Assembly (NCBI GenBank): GCA_964187785.1
Contig: OZ076409.1
Coordinates: 18,478,001 to 18,538,000 of the forward strand
DNA: 60,000 nucleotides
From: Amphiscolops sp. MND2022
Taxonomy: Eukaryota
Reading direction: 5' to 3'
A model generated the notes under the pieces. That model worked only from the letters and a program-made list of their open reading frames with translations. It searched no databases and was not told the origin of the DNA. The position numbers were made by a program, and so were the translations under genes. This document shows, in pieces, positions 32,507 to 44,660 of the stretch (position 1 is the stretch's first letter; every line of letters begins with the position of its first letter).

Positions 32507-33971
32507 TGTCGGAGCCCCAGCGCTGCGATGGAGCCGTAGTGCAACCCTGAACAAACAGAAAAGCAGCCAAACCCAACTAAACTTGAAGACTTGTTTTATT
32601 TTTTGAAGTCATGTAAATGTTAAATATTTTCTCATTCAAAGACACTTTAATTTGATGTTATTGTTAAATTAGTCTTTTTGTCACGAATATTCAGAACCTT
32701 AAGTTGAGTCATCTTTATATGACGTAATTTCGGGGCTATAGTGCTTTTGCTATTTCATTCATACAGTAATGGTCTTTTCCATTCAATTTGGCAATACGGC
32801 ATTATACAGTTTGTAGAGTGCCGCATGTACGGCATAATACTGATTTGCACAATGTTGATATGCGGCATTATACGTTTTTAAGAGTAACGCATATGCGTTA
32901 TTATACGTTTTCCTGCATACGGTATCATACGTTTTCCGAAGTGATGCACAGACGGTATTATACATTTTCAGCAGGATTAATCACACTGTATAGACAATGC
33001 ATACACGGTGCTGTATATCATTTGGAATACCTTTTTACGTCGCTTTATAACTACTTTCCAGGGTCCAATAGGACAATTAGGTTCGTTTTAAACGTCGTGT
33101 TCTGATGAGTGCAGGATATAAATAGAATGACGTCCTTTTGACGTAATGTTATTTTTGTACTTTTCCTACCGTGATTCTCATAAAAAGGAGTGTCATTCTT
33201 TCATTTTTGAAACCAGGAGTGCAATAAGAGAATTTGTCAGAATTGTTTTCTACCTTCACAGAGTACAGTTGCTTCTTAATTGTACCTCTTTTGCTCAATC
33301 TGTAAACTTTTCATCTACAACTTTGATCATCAACCGTTTGGTATTTTCACCATTTCACTGAAGAAATTCAACTGTTTTCTCCTTCGCAAACCGATGTTTT
33401 CAATCGAGTAAAGATGGGAAATAAGAGAAACAGGCGTTCTAGAAGATTAGAGACACCTTCCCCTGAGAGAGAAGTCAATATTACCCTGTTAGAAACACCC
33501 AACACAGGTAATGAAACTTTAACTAATTTAAATGAGAATGTACAGGGAAATCTAGGTGATAACGTCTCAGAAAATCAACTAGCTGAACCCAGTCAAACTA
33601 GCAACGAAATACAAGTTTGGACGCAGATTTTAGAGCAAAAAAGCAATGACAGAATTACCAAAATGATGGAAGAATGGACAATAAATTAGAGTTCATCTCA
33701 AAAGAAATTAGATCCAATAAAAGCATGTCAACAACAACGAATCCCAGGTCAGAAGCGGCTGAAGTCCAAAATTCACAACCATCGTGATCCAAGTCTATAG
33801 GAGTACACGCATCTAACTTCGAAAATACTGACTCAGAAAACGAGAACTATCCTCTTAAAGCCTCAGGTTCTAAGGATTTGAAACATCCTGCAAAACCTTT
33901 GTACCGTAATGAGATAGACCTAGACGAAACAATGATCTCAAATGAGGACTCTGAGGAAGAGGATTATCACA
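32507..33971 (+). mobile_element. Solo LTR (1,465 bp) containing a disrupted Gag-like N-terminal ORF from 33414
   Basis: TGTCGG...ATCACA ends; 5-bp TSD TATAT on both sides; ORF MGNKRNRRSRRLETPSP... whose disrupted frame ends EEEDYH at the terminal CA; degenerate short repeats at about 32790-33020. Confidence 0.85.
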
Positions 33972-34699
33972 TATATCCATCAGAGTCCCGAGTTCATACC
34001 CCAAAGGTAGATCAGAGATTTCGTTGTCTGTCAGAGCTGGGCCCAGAAGTAATAGAGACTTCGTTGTCGTGAGACAAACATAGCCCCATGCCAAGAGATT
34101 TAAAAAACTTATGTCATTGAAACTGTTCATTTGATTCGTATATCTTTGTATTTTGTATCCAAAACGGAATTTTACAATCCAAATCACTTTACACAACGCA
34201 ATAACTACCTGCAGAACAGAATTCATTTGGAAAATTGAAATTGGTAATTTCCAGCGAAATCAATTTAAATGCGAAAATGCCCCAAACGTTACTATAACGT
34301 ATACGAATTACCAGCAATAACATTATAGCAACAGAATTTATCAAATCCTGTACCAACCTAGGTGATTACATACCAAACTTCATCGGCGAAAACGAAACCA
34401 ATGTCTCAAACGACCCCTTCATAGTTCACTTACAAAATACGAGTCAAATGAATAAAAGACCTTGTAAAACTATTCTTTTTCAGTAAACGGAACTACCGTT
34501 GTGGATGCTACGATTTTTGAGCAGCGATAAGTTCTATATGCTTGATTCCAGCTCGGAGGAGTCCGACATTAGTTTTCTCACTAGCAGATGTTTTGAACGA
34601 AGCGGAGGTTCAAGCGATCCATCAAGTTTTAGTTTTCAGGCATCTCATATTCTGGGGTCAGGTCTAAATCAGAGATTTCTTAGTCTAGGTCAGGTCTGC

Positions 34700-36251
34700 T
34701 GTCGTGATCATCCCTGTAGTCTAAAGAAATCAATGAGCTGTCCCTAGAACGGGGATGATGGTTTGAGTTTATTGAAGTTGGATTTTGGGTATTTTCACAA
34801 GCATTTTGATGCTTTCTATCTCTGGTGTTCCTGCTTAGTTTACTAGACCTTGAGTCCACGTTTGTCCCGAACCTTCTATTTTGACTAGAAAGTGAATTTT
34901 GCAAAGATGGAAGTATAGTACCATGAATCGCTGAATTTATTGATTCCGTAATCTGAGTGTTCGAATCTCTTTTCAGTTCATCTGATTTCCTTGTAACTGG
35001 CTGAGATATTTCTGTGCTTATAAGCCTGGTAGTATCAAGTGCTACTCCATTCTCACTTGTATTCTCAGTATTTAACAGTTCCTCACAATTCCGAAACATG
35101 TCTTGCCTAGGCTCATTGGACCTTGAGTCTATTTCAACATTTCCTTCTAATTCTTCATCCGAATGGTATCTTGAGTAAGTTCCAAACACAATATCCATAT
35201 TTTCCATATCAAACATTACGTCCGATTACCTAGAGCGTTTCTCTTTGGCTTTCTGTTTTCTAGTTGAAGCCGTTTGAAGAAATGTACTTCCAAACAATTG
35301 TTTATTGTGGAATTTTGTATTCATCGAACTGAACGAATATCAAATAACAAGCTTTCTCGATAACGGCTTCAACAGTTCAATCGAAACTCAAAGTAAAGAT
35401 TGTTCAATCCAGCGATTATAGTAGGGTGTGATTTCTGAGAGGTGTATCTCGAAGAATGTCTTGTGGACCTAGCGGTCTCCGTATAAATACTAAGGAAAGC
35501 ATGACCAGCATATTTTCTGGTGTCATGCTTCCAAAAACAGCAACAAATCTAGGGAATATGTCCCTATGGACTGTACGTCATTATTACATCATTCAACTAA
35601 CTATAAATAGCAACAATTCAGGTCATACAAGGGTCAGACAAAAGGGAGGCGTGGTTGCGGCACGCCATTCAATTCGCATTTACATCTACTTCGTGTTGGC
35701 TCGTTTACGTAGTGCTAATCAGAAATTACATGCAGCCGACTAGCAGTCCAAAACAACAAGCTGAGACTAAATGAATTTCGTTTTACTGCGCTATGATTGG
35801 TCAATTAATTCATGTACAACGCGTCTAATTTGACTAAGGCGGCGGACATTTTGTATGCGTTTCCATTCAACTATCCAGTTGCCTTTGTACACCTAACTGA
35901 TATATTCTATTGCTAATGCAAAACTTCTAGCTTTCTGGTTTACATTACAAAGGTATACAAATCATAGTAAATCAATAATTGAACTAAAATCATACTAAAT
36001 TCTACATGTTATGCACAAAAATGTAATTCGAGCTATATGTCGCACTTAGACGAGTGTAATCTAATGTCCGTGAAAGCATAAAATTACACTAGGACAGTTT
36101 ATAAGCGCTAAATGTTTATAAAAGCCATTCTAACGTGCACAGAAGGTCCACGCGGCCTACAGTGGCAATACACCTGGGGGAAGGGGCATATTATTAGATT
36201 CGTTGGATGCAATTTGATATCTATCGCCATCGCAGGCGGCAGTCTGTGGCA
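34700..36251 (-). mobile_element. Solo LTR (1,552 bp), same family as 56775-58353
   Basis: TG...CA ends; 5-bp TSD TCTGC (34695-34699, 36252-36256); encodes a decayed ...NVDSRSSKLSRNT...RDDHD homolog of the 57357 ORF. Confidence 0.9.
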
Positions 36252-36800
36252 TCTGCTTCAAAGGTTTGTACCATGATCTTGTCACGGGACTTTCCTCGAT
36301 ACAGATTAAGAACAATCTGGGGTCAGGCAACTCGGGTATATCAGTTCTCTAAGGAAGTTAGTCCACATGAAGCCAACACGCAAAATTCTAACTTTGTAAA
36401 GAGGATATGCTCTCTTCTGTATCCATCAGTCATCAGCTGTATCGCACTTATGATAACTGCACGATCTTTAAGGAGCCGGTGTTTGCTCTAATCAAAAGTC
36501 TTCCTATATTTATTTTTCTCATCTTGCTCGCTGGTGGTCGTTCGTTGTAAAATCAAAAACAAGAAAAAAAGACCCTTTGAAGTCAGTCTTCTTATTTTAA
36601 ATACAATCGAGTCTAACTGCGATACAAGTGTTTAGTCGCGTCTATTTCAATGGAAGGAAATATTCAAGTCTATTTCAATGCAACCATCAATCAACTGCTT
36701 GGATGTTTTTTTTTCAAAGTGCATGGATTGAATTATGTTTTCGATTTCAACCATACATTTTGAGATAAACTCTTTTTCAATCAGCAGTTGTTTGCCCTAC

Positions 36801-37711
36801 TTTTTAGTCGGTGCACTTTCCTTTAAACTTAAAATACCCGTCTCTTTCAGTGACATTTTTCTCTTCTCCAGACCACAAACCTCTCACTAATCGGTCCACT
36901 TTTTACAGGAACAACTAAAACTACTGAAGCCAAGTCCGGGCAGCGGAATTTTAGTGCAGAGGGTTCCCCTTTCATTTTTTCTATTTTTTAATGTTACTTA
37001 AAAAAACCGGACGAGACTAAAGGTCCACCTTTCATTTTTTTCGACGCTATGATACTTTTTTTGAATTTTTTCTTGCCTCTGTAGGATCCGCCCATCAATT
37101 TTATTGAAGCCTTCCCTTGTAATATCCGAATTGAAGCGCTATCTACAAACTTTTGACGTTATGTTCGAACTATATTGAGTTTTATTGAGGAGAAGGCGGA
37201 AGTTTGAACTCAGGAGTTTTTCATGAAAACGTCCTTCGCATCTTTTAAAAAGTGCGCTTTTTAGTAGGCGTTTTTAGCAATGAAAGAGCCCTACTTTTTT
37301 TTCTGTATGACAGACTCCAAGCGACGAAATTTATTTTCAGTTTGTTCAACTGAACACATACCTCCGAAACCTCACATCGGAGACGCATCTAAGTTAGTTA
37401 AAAGGGTCCCAGTTTAATTTGTCTTATTCTGACGTTACATACAAAACAAGACGAGACTGAAGGGTCCCCCTTTCATCTTGTTTCGGCACTGTGCGACTTT
37501 TTTTTCGAATTTTTTTTACTCCAAAGGGTCTCCCCTTCAACTTTTTTGATATTTTGCAACAAACTGGATTTTCAAGAAGCCCAAAGGGTCCCCGCTTTTA
37601 CAATTTTAAAAACTTTGAACTGTTTGAGCTTTAGATATAGCGCCGACTTCAGACCTTCCCGTCTTGTTGAGCCCTGGATGTAGCGCCGACTTTAGACGTT
37701 CCCGTCTTGTT
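36801..37711 (+). mobile_element. HINE copy (possibly composite) with a duplicated 3' end
   Basis: TTTTTAGTCGGTGC start; AAGGGTCCCC cores; GCGCCGACT + hairpin + TGTT end present twice (ending 37668 and 37711). Confidence 0.7.
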
Positions 37712-37747
37712 TGTTTATTGTTGATCATGCAAGGAAATGTATTTTGA

Positions 37748-38231
37748 AACAAGACGAAAAGTCTATAGTCGGCGCTATATCTAAAGCTCAAAAAGCGCAG
37801 ATTTCAATTTTTTTGAAGTTTCCACGAAAAAGTCCTGTTTTAGGACCTCCGCCTCCTCCTTACAAAAATGCAATATAGTTCAGATATAACGTCAAAAGAT
37901 CGGATATAGCGCTTAACTCCAAATATTACGAGGGGGACTTCCAAAAAATCTAAAAGGGACCCTTTGAAGACCAAAATTTTCAAAAAAGGCTCACAGCGCC
38001 GAAAAAATTTGAAAGGCGGGAACCTTTAGTCTCGTCCGGTTTTGTATGTTAAGTTTAAAAAGTTAAAACTGACAGGGGGACCCTTTGCGTTAACTTAGAT
38101 GCATTTCCCAGGTATTCGTTTAGTTGAACAAACTTACCAAAACTTCGTCGCTTCGAGCATGTTTTAGTCTGTCTATAGAAACAAGTGACTGTAATAGTCG
38201 CGCTCTTACATTTAAAAGCGCCTACTAAAAA
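37748..38231 (-). mobile_element. HINE copy
   Basis: AACAAGACG...AGTCGGCGCTATATCTAAAGCTCAAAA start on +; TAGTCGCGC...GCGCCTACTAAAAA end. Confidence 0.7.
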
Positions 38232-41200
38232 CACTGTATTATAACGGCGAAAAGTTCACACATTAACACGCAATGAAAATCATTGCAACTGAATAAAAAG
38301 AACAGTGTATATGAAATTTGATACACTTTTTAAAGTAGTAGACAAAACCAAAACTTCAGGGGTGCAAAACGCCATTTTTATTGGTAGTTGCTCCAACATT
38401 TCGTTCCGTAGACAAGAAAAGTGATTTCGGCTTTCATTTCTTCGAGATAGTTTTTGGTTTTGCTTGAGTGGTAACAAAAAGTAACTTTTTTCTTCGCATA
38501 TTTTTAGCAGGGTTTCCCAGAGGTGTACAGTTTCCTTGAAAAATCTGTTTCTCAGAAAATCAAATTCAGAAACGATATTGAAGTGAAGGTTCTCGGTTCA
38601 TGGTATTATCAACAGGTTACACATCCTTGCCTTTGTGATCGAACTGTTCACGTATATGTTGAAAGGAAGAGGCCCTAAAACTGTACCCAGTCGATCACTT
38701 TAATATATTTGGATCCAATCAGAAGTGCAACTAGGAAGCATCACTTTTTGGATTCTACTGTATCAGAGGAAACTATTCATCATTGATAATGCGTTGCTAA
38801 CAAATTTTAGTGATTTCAATTTTTCGAGAAGGATGTCTTGTGAAATTGAATCAGAAGTTTCGAAAGATTTAGGAATGACGCGCAAATAGATTTTTCTCAA
38901 TATTTACTTTTGTATGTTTTCTGTGGCCCAGAAGAGTGCGTCCGTTTTTGAGTACTTGCTGTGGAAAATTTGTGTATAAGTCAATATTTGATGCGGCGAT
39001 AGATATTCGGATATTTGTTCCTGTGGAAAACTGTCGAGCAATTTCGCTATTTCGGGAGTGATAGAGATCGGCCTGTAGTTAATGGGTTTTTGCAGTCACC
39101 TTTTTTGTAAATCAGGATTACAAATGCTGATTTCAGGTGATTCGGGAATTACAATTTTCCACTGAAACAAAAATTAAAAAACATAGTGGTTCAGCAATGA
39201 CGTTTAAACGCTCATGTTGGATGGTGCAATGGGTTCTTTTTCAAATGGCTCTCTTCTTTTCAGATGTCTCTTACATTCAAACAGACTGATAGAATGAAAC
39301 TGATAAGATGATTCTGTAAATTGTATATTTCTGGTTAGTCCTCTTACAATTACGGGCTTCATTTTTGAAACTTCACTTGTTTTAAAACTTCACTTGTTTC
39401 AAGATTGGTAAATCTTTTTATCTGGTATTTAATTCGATTTTCTCAGAAATTTTCTAGATATTGATTTTCGATAAGAAATACTTTTTGAAAATTCGCGTCA
39501 GTGAGACCATATTAAGTGGTATTAAAGAAAAGAGATTCTTATTTTCAGCAGTTCTCCGTTTTTTGTGAAACCATAGATTACGTTTTTCATTACGAATGAA
39601 AACTTCTTTTTACTTCTTTGTACGCCTTTTCTCGAAGCGTTTCCAAAAAAACAGTGAATGCTGAATACATTTCTCCAATGCAATTTTGATTACCGAAGTT
39701 ACTCCAATTCAAAGCTGAGAGATGGTTTTAACAAATTTTTATTCTGATAGTTCTGTTTGACAAACATTTCTTTTATTGTTAAACGAGGTTTCATTTCTGT
39801 ATTTACAATAGCCGATGTAGCACGATGGTCCATCTCCGTTACTTCAGGTTCTTATCGGGGTGTCAGATACACAAGTCTGTCTATAAAAACAAGTGACTGT
39901 AATAGTCGCGCTCTTACATTTAAAAGCGCCTACTAAAAACACTGTATTATAACGGCGAAAAGTTCACACATTAACACGCAATGAAAATCATTGCAACTGA
40001 ATAAAAAGAACAGTGTATATGAAATTTGATACACTTTTCAAAGTAGTAGACAAAACCAAAACTTCAGGGGTGCAAAACGCCATTTTTATTGGTAGTTGCT
40101 CCAACATTTCGTTCCGTAGTCAAGAAAAGTGATTTCGGCTTTCATTTCTTCGAGATAGTTTTTGGTTTTGCTTGAGTGGTAACAAAAAGTAACTTTTTTC
40201 TTCGCATATTTTTAGCAGGGTTTCCCAGAGGTGTACAGTTTTCTTGAAAAATCTGTTTCTCAGAAAATCAAATTCACAAACGATATTGAAGTGAAGGTTC
40301 TCGGTTCATGGTATTATCAACAGGTTACACATCCTTGCCTTTGTGATCGAACTGTTCACGTATATGTTGAAAGGAAGAGGCCCTAAAACTGTACCCAGTC
40401 GATCACTTTAATATATTTGGATCCAATCAGAAGTGCAACTAGGAAGCATCACTTTTTGAATTCTACTGTATCAGAGGAAACTATTCATCCTTGATAATGC
40501 GTTGCTAACAAATTTTAGTGCATTCAATTTTTCGAGAAGGATGTCTTGTGAAATTGAATCAGAAGTTTCGAAAGATTTAGGATTGACGCGCAAATAGATT
40601 TTTCTCAATATTTACTTTTGTATGTTTTCTGTGGCCCAGAAGAGTGCGTCCGTTTTTGAGTACTTGCTGTGGAAAATTTGTGTATAAGTCAATAATTGAT
40701 GCGGCGATAGATATTCGAATATTTGTTCCTGTGGAAAACTGTCGAGCAATTTCGCTATTTCGGGAGTGATAGAGATCGGCCTGTAGTTAATGGGTTTTTG
40801 CAGTCACCTTTTTTGTAAATCAGGATTACAAATGCTGATTTCAGGTGATTCGGGAATTACAATTTTCCACTGAAACAAAAATTAAAAAACATAGTGGTTC
40901 AGCAATGACGTTTAAACGCTCATGTTGGATGGTGCAATGGGTTCTTTTTCAAATGGCTCTCTTCTTTTCAGATGTCTCTTACATTCAAACAGACTGATAG
41001 AATGAAACTGATAAGATGATTCTGTAAATTGTATATTTCTGGTTAGTCCTCTTACAATTACGGGCTTCATTTTTGAAACTTCACTTGTTTTAAAACTTCA
41101 CTTGTTTCAAGATTGGTAAATCTTTTTATCTGGTATTTAATTCGATTTTCTCAGAAATTTTCTAGATATTGATTTTCGATAAGAAATACTTTTTGAAAAT

Positions 41201-43289
41201 TCGCGTCAGTGAGACCATATTAAGTGGTATTAAAGAAAAGAGATTCTTATTTTCAGCAGTTCTCCGTTTTTTGTGAAACCATAGATTACGTTTTTCATTA
41301 CGAATGAAAACTTCTTTTTACTTCTTTGTACGCCTTTTCTCGAAGCGTTTCCAAAAAAACAGTGAATGCTGAATACATTTCTCCAATGCAATTTTGATTA
41401 CCGAAGTTACTCCAATTCAAAGCTGAGAGATGGTTTTAACAAATTTTTATTCTGATAGTTCTGTTTGACAAACATTTCTTTTATTGTTAAACGAGGTTTC
41501 ATTTCTGTATTTACAATAGCCGATGTAGCACGATGGTCCATCTCCGTTACTTCAGGTTCTTATCGGGGTGTCAGATACACAAGTCTGTCTATAAAAACAA
41601 GTGACTGTAATAGTCGCGCTCTTACATTTGAAAGCGCCTACTAAAAACACTGTATTATAACGGCGAAAAGTTCACACATTAAAACGCAATGAAAATCATT
41701 GCAACTGAATAAAAAGAACAGTGTATATGAAATTTGATACACTTTTCAAAGTAGTAGACAAAACCAAAACTTCAGGGGTGCAAAACGCCATTTTTATTGG
41801 TAGTTGCTCCGACATTTCGTTCCGTAGTCAAGAAAAGTGATTTCGGCTTTCATTTCTTCGAGATAGTTTTTGGTTTTGCTTGAGTGGTAACAAAAAGTAA
41901 CTTTTTTCTTCGCATATTTTTAGCAGGGTTTCCCAGAGGTGTACAGTTTTCTTGAAAAATCTGTTTCTCAGAAAATCAAATTCACAAACGATATTGAAGT
42001 GAAGGTTCTCGGTTCATGGTATTATCAACAGGTTACACATCCTTGCCTTTGTGATCGAACTGTTCACGTATATGTTGAAAGGAAGAGGCCCTAAAACTGG
42101 ACCCAGTCGATCACTTTAATATATTTGGATCCAATCAGAAGTGCAACTAGGAAGCATCACTTTTTGGATTGTACTGTATCAGAGGAAACTATTCATCATT
42201 GATAATGCGTTGCTAACAAATTTTAGTGCTTTCAATTTTTCGAGAAGGATGTCTTGTGAAATTGAATCAGAAGTTTCGAAAGATTTAGGAATGACGCGCA
42301 AACAGATTTTTCTCAATATTTACTTTTGTATGTTTTCTGTGGCCCAGAAGAGTGCGTCCGTTTTTGAGTCCTTGCTGTGGAAAATTTGTGTATAGGTCAA
42401 TAATTGATGCGGCGATAGATATTCGGATATTTCTTCTTGTGGAAAATTGTCGAGCAGTTTCGCTATTTCGGGAGTGATAGAGAACGGCCTGTAGTTAATG
42501 GGTTTTTGCAGTCACCTTTTTTGTAAATCAGGATTACAAATGCTGATTTCAGGTGATTCGGGAATTACAATTTTCCACTGAAACAAAAATTAAAAAGCAT
42601 AGTGGTTCAGCAATGACGTTTAAACGCTCATGTTGGATGATGCAATGGGTTCGTTTTCAAATGGCTCTCTTCTTTTCAGATGTCTCTTACATTCAAGCAG
42701 ACTGATAGAATGAAACTGATAAGATGATTCTGTAAATTGTAGATTTCTGGTTAGTCCTCTTACAATTACGGGCTTCATTTTTAAAACTTCACTTGTTTTA
42801 AAAATTCACTTGTTTCAAGATTGGTAAATCTTTTTATCTGGTATTTAATTCGATTTTCTTAGAAATTTTCTAGATATTGATTCTCGATAAGAAATACTTT
42901 TTGAAAATTCGCGTCAGTGAGACCATATTAAGTGGTATTAAAGAAAAGAGATTCTTATTTTCAGCAGTTCTCCGTTTTTTGTGAAGCCATAGATTACGTT
43001 TATCATTACGAATGAAAACTTCTTTTTACTTCTTTGTACGCCTTTTCTCGAAGCGTTTCCAAAAAAACAGTGAATGCTGAATACATTTCTCCAATGCAAT
43101 TTTGATTACCGAAGTTACTCCAATTCAAAGCTGAGAGATGGTTTTAACAAATTTTTATTCTGATAGTTCTGTTTGACAAACATTTCTTTTATTGTTAAAC
43201 GAGGTTTCATTTCTGTATTTACAATAGCCGATGTAGCACGATGGTCCATCTCCGTTACTTCAGGTTCTTATCGGGGTGTCAGATACACA
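38166..43289. repeat. Tandem triplication, 3 x 1,708 bp
   Basis: Unit starts AGTCTGTCTAT at 38166, 39874 and 41582; copies differ by scattered substitutions. Confidence 0.95.
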
Positions 43290-43390
43290 AGTGACTGCGC
43301 CTTCAATCACTTGAAGATCTGCTATCAAAAAATTGACAAGTGATTTTGAAGTGGATCCTATTCGCGTTGGCTCCGTTGTGTTAAAAACCT

Positions 43391-43866
43391 AACAAGACGG
43401 GAACGCCTGAAATCGGCGCTATTTCTAAGGCTCAAATAGTATGGAAGACAACATTTTTGAAGACAACATTTTGACAAAAAGTCCGATTTTGAAAAAAGAG
43501 TCCGGAGGGGTGACCCTTTAGGCACGTCCGGTTTTGTAGGTTTCCTTGAAAAAGTAATAAAGGGGGACCCTTTACCCTGATTCGGATTTGTAGGCAAGTA
43601 AAAAACCAAAGGGGAACCTTTGGTGACGAAAAAGTTCGCACAGTGCCGAAAAAATGGAAAGGGGTATCCTTTAAGCCCGTTCGGTTTGGTTCGTTACGTA
43701 AAAAAGTAAAAAACCTTCGGAATATTTTAGAGGCTTTTCCCGGGTACTCGTTTAGTTTCCTTTAGTTGAACAATCTGAACAAATTTCGTGGCTTCGAGTC
43801 TGTCTTTAAAAAAACGAGTGACTGTGATAGTCGGGTTGTTTTCTTGAGAAAAGCACCGACTAAAAA
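43391..43866 (-). mobile_element. HINE copy
   Basis: AACAAGACGGGAACG...ATCGGCGCTATTTCTAAGGCTCAAA start; TAGTCGGG...GCACCGACTAAAAA end. Confidence 0.7.
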
Positions 43867-44049
43867 CAGTAAAGATTTCCTGTTTCTAGGCATTGACGTT
43901 TTTTATGGTTAGGAAAACAACTGTTGAAGTCGATCATCAGAGTGATTGGCTTGTTTTCAACGATAGCTTGGTCTATGCTTGTTAATAGATCTTCCGGAAA
44001 TTGATCGAAAAAAGGTTTCGAGGATTGTAGCTAATTTTGAATAGATGTC

Positions 44050-44660
44050 TTTTTTAGTGTGCCCATTTCTTTAGAAAAGAGTCGACTATAGTCATGGCTT
44101 TTCTCCAGTGTTTTAGGACACCTGAACTGACCAAAATAGTTATAGAAAAGTTCTACAATTTATTATTGCACCAAATTGCACCATAAGGGTTTGCACCAAA
44201 AGCGAACTGAACCAAAAAGATTTTTCCTGTTCTCCCGCGTAACATACCATACCGGGCGAGACCAAAGGGTCCCCCTTTCAGTTTTTTTTCGACATTGAGT
44301 GATTTTTTCCGGAAAAAAATTTTCCCCAAAGGGTCCCCCTTCAATTTTTTTGCTGTTTTGCGACAGAATGGTTGTTGGAAAATCCCAAAGGGTCCCCATT
44401 TCAGTTTTTTTTCGGCAATGTGAGATTTGCTTCCGAAAATTAAAATCCGCCCTCATTTTTTTGATGTTTTGCGACAAAATGGATTTTGAAAACCCCCAAA
44501 GGGTCCTCCCTTTGAGTTTTTTTTGACATTGTGAGACTTTTTTCAAAAAAATTTTTTCCATAAAAGGGTCCCCAACTCACCAATACTTTGACATAATGAA
44601 GTCCTTTTGCTGTTTTTGAGCCTTAGATATGGCACCGACTTGGGCCGGTCGTGGCTTGTT
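44050..44660 (+). mobile_element. HINE copy (variant 3' hairpin)
   Basis: T-run TTTTTTAGT start; four to five AAAGGGTCC core repeats; ends GGCACCGACTTGGGCCGGTCGTGGCTTGTT. Confidence 0.65.
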
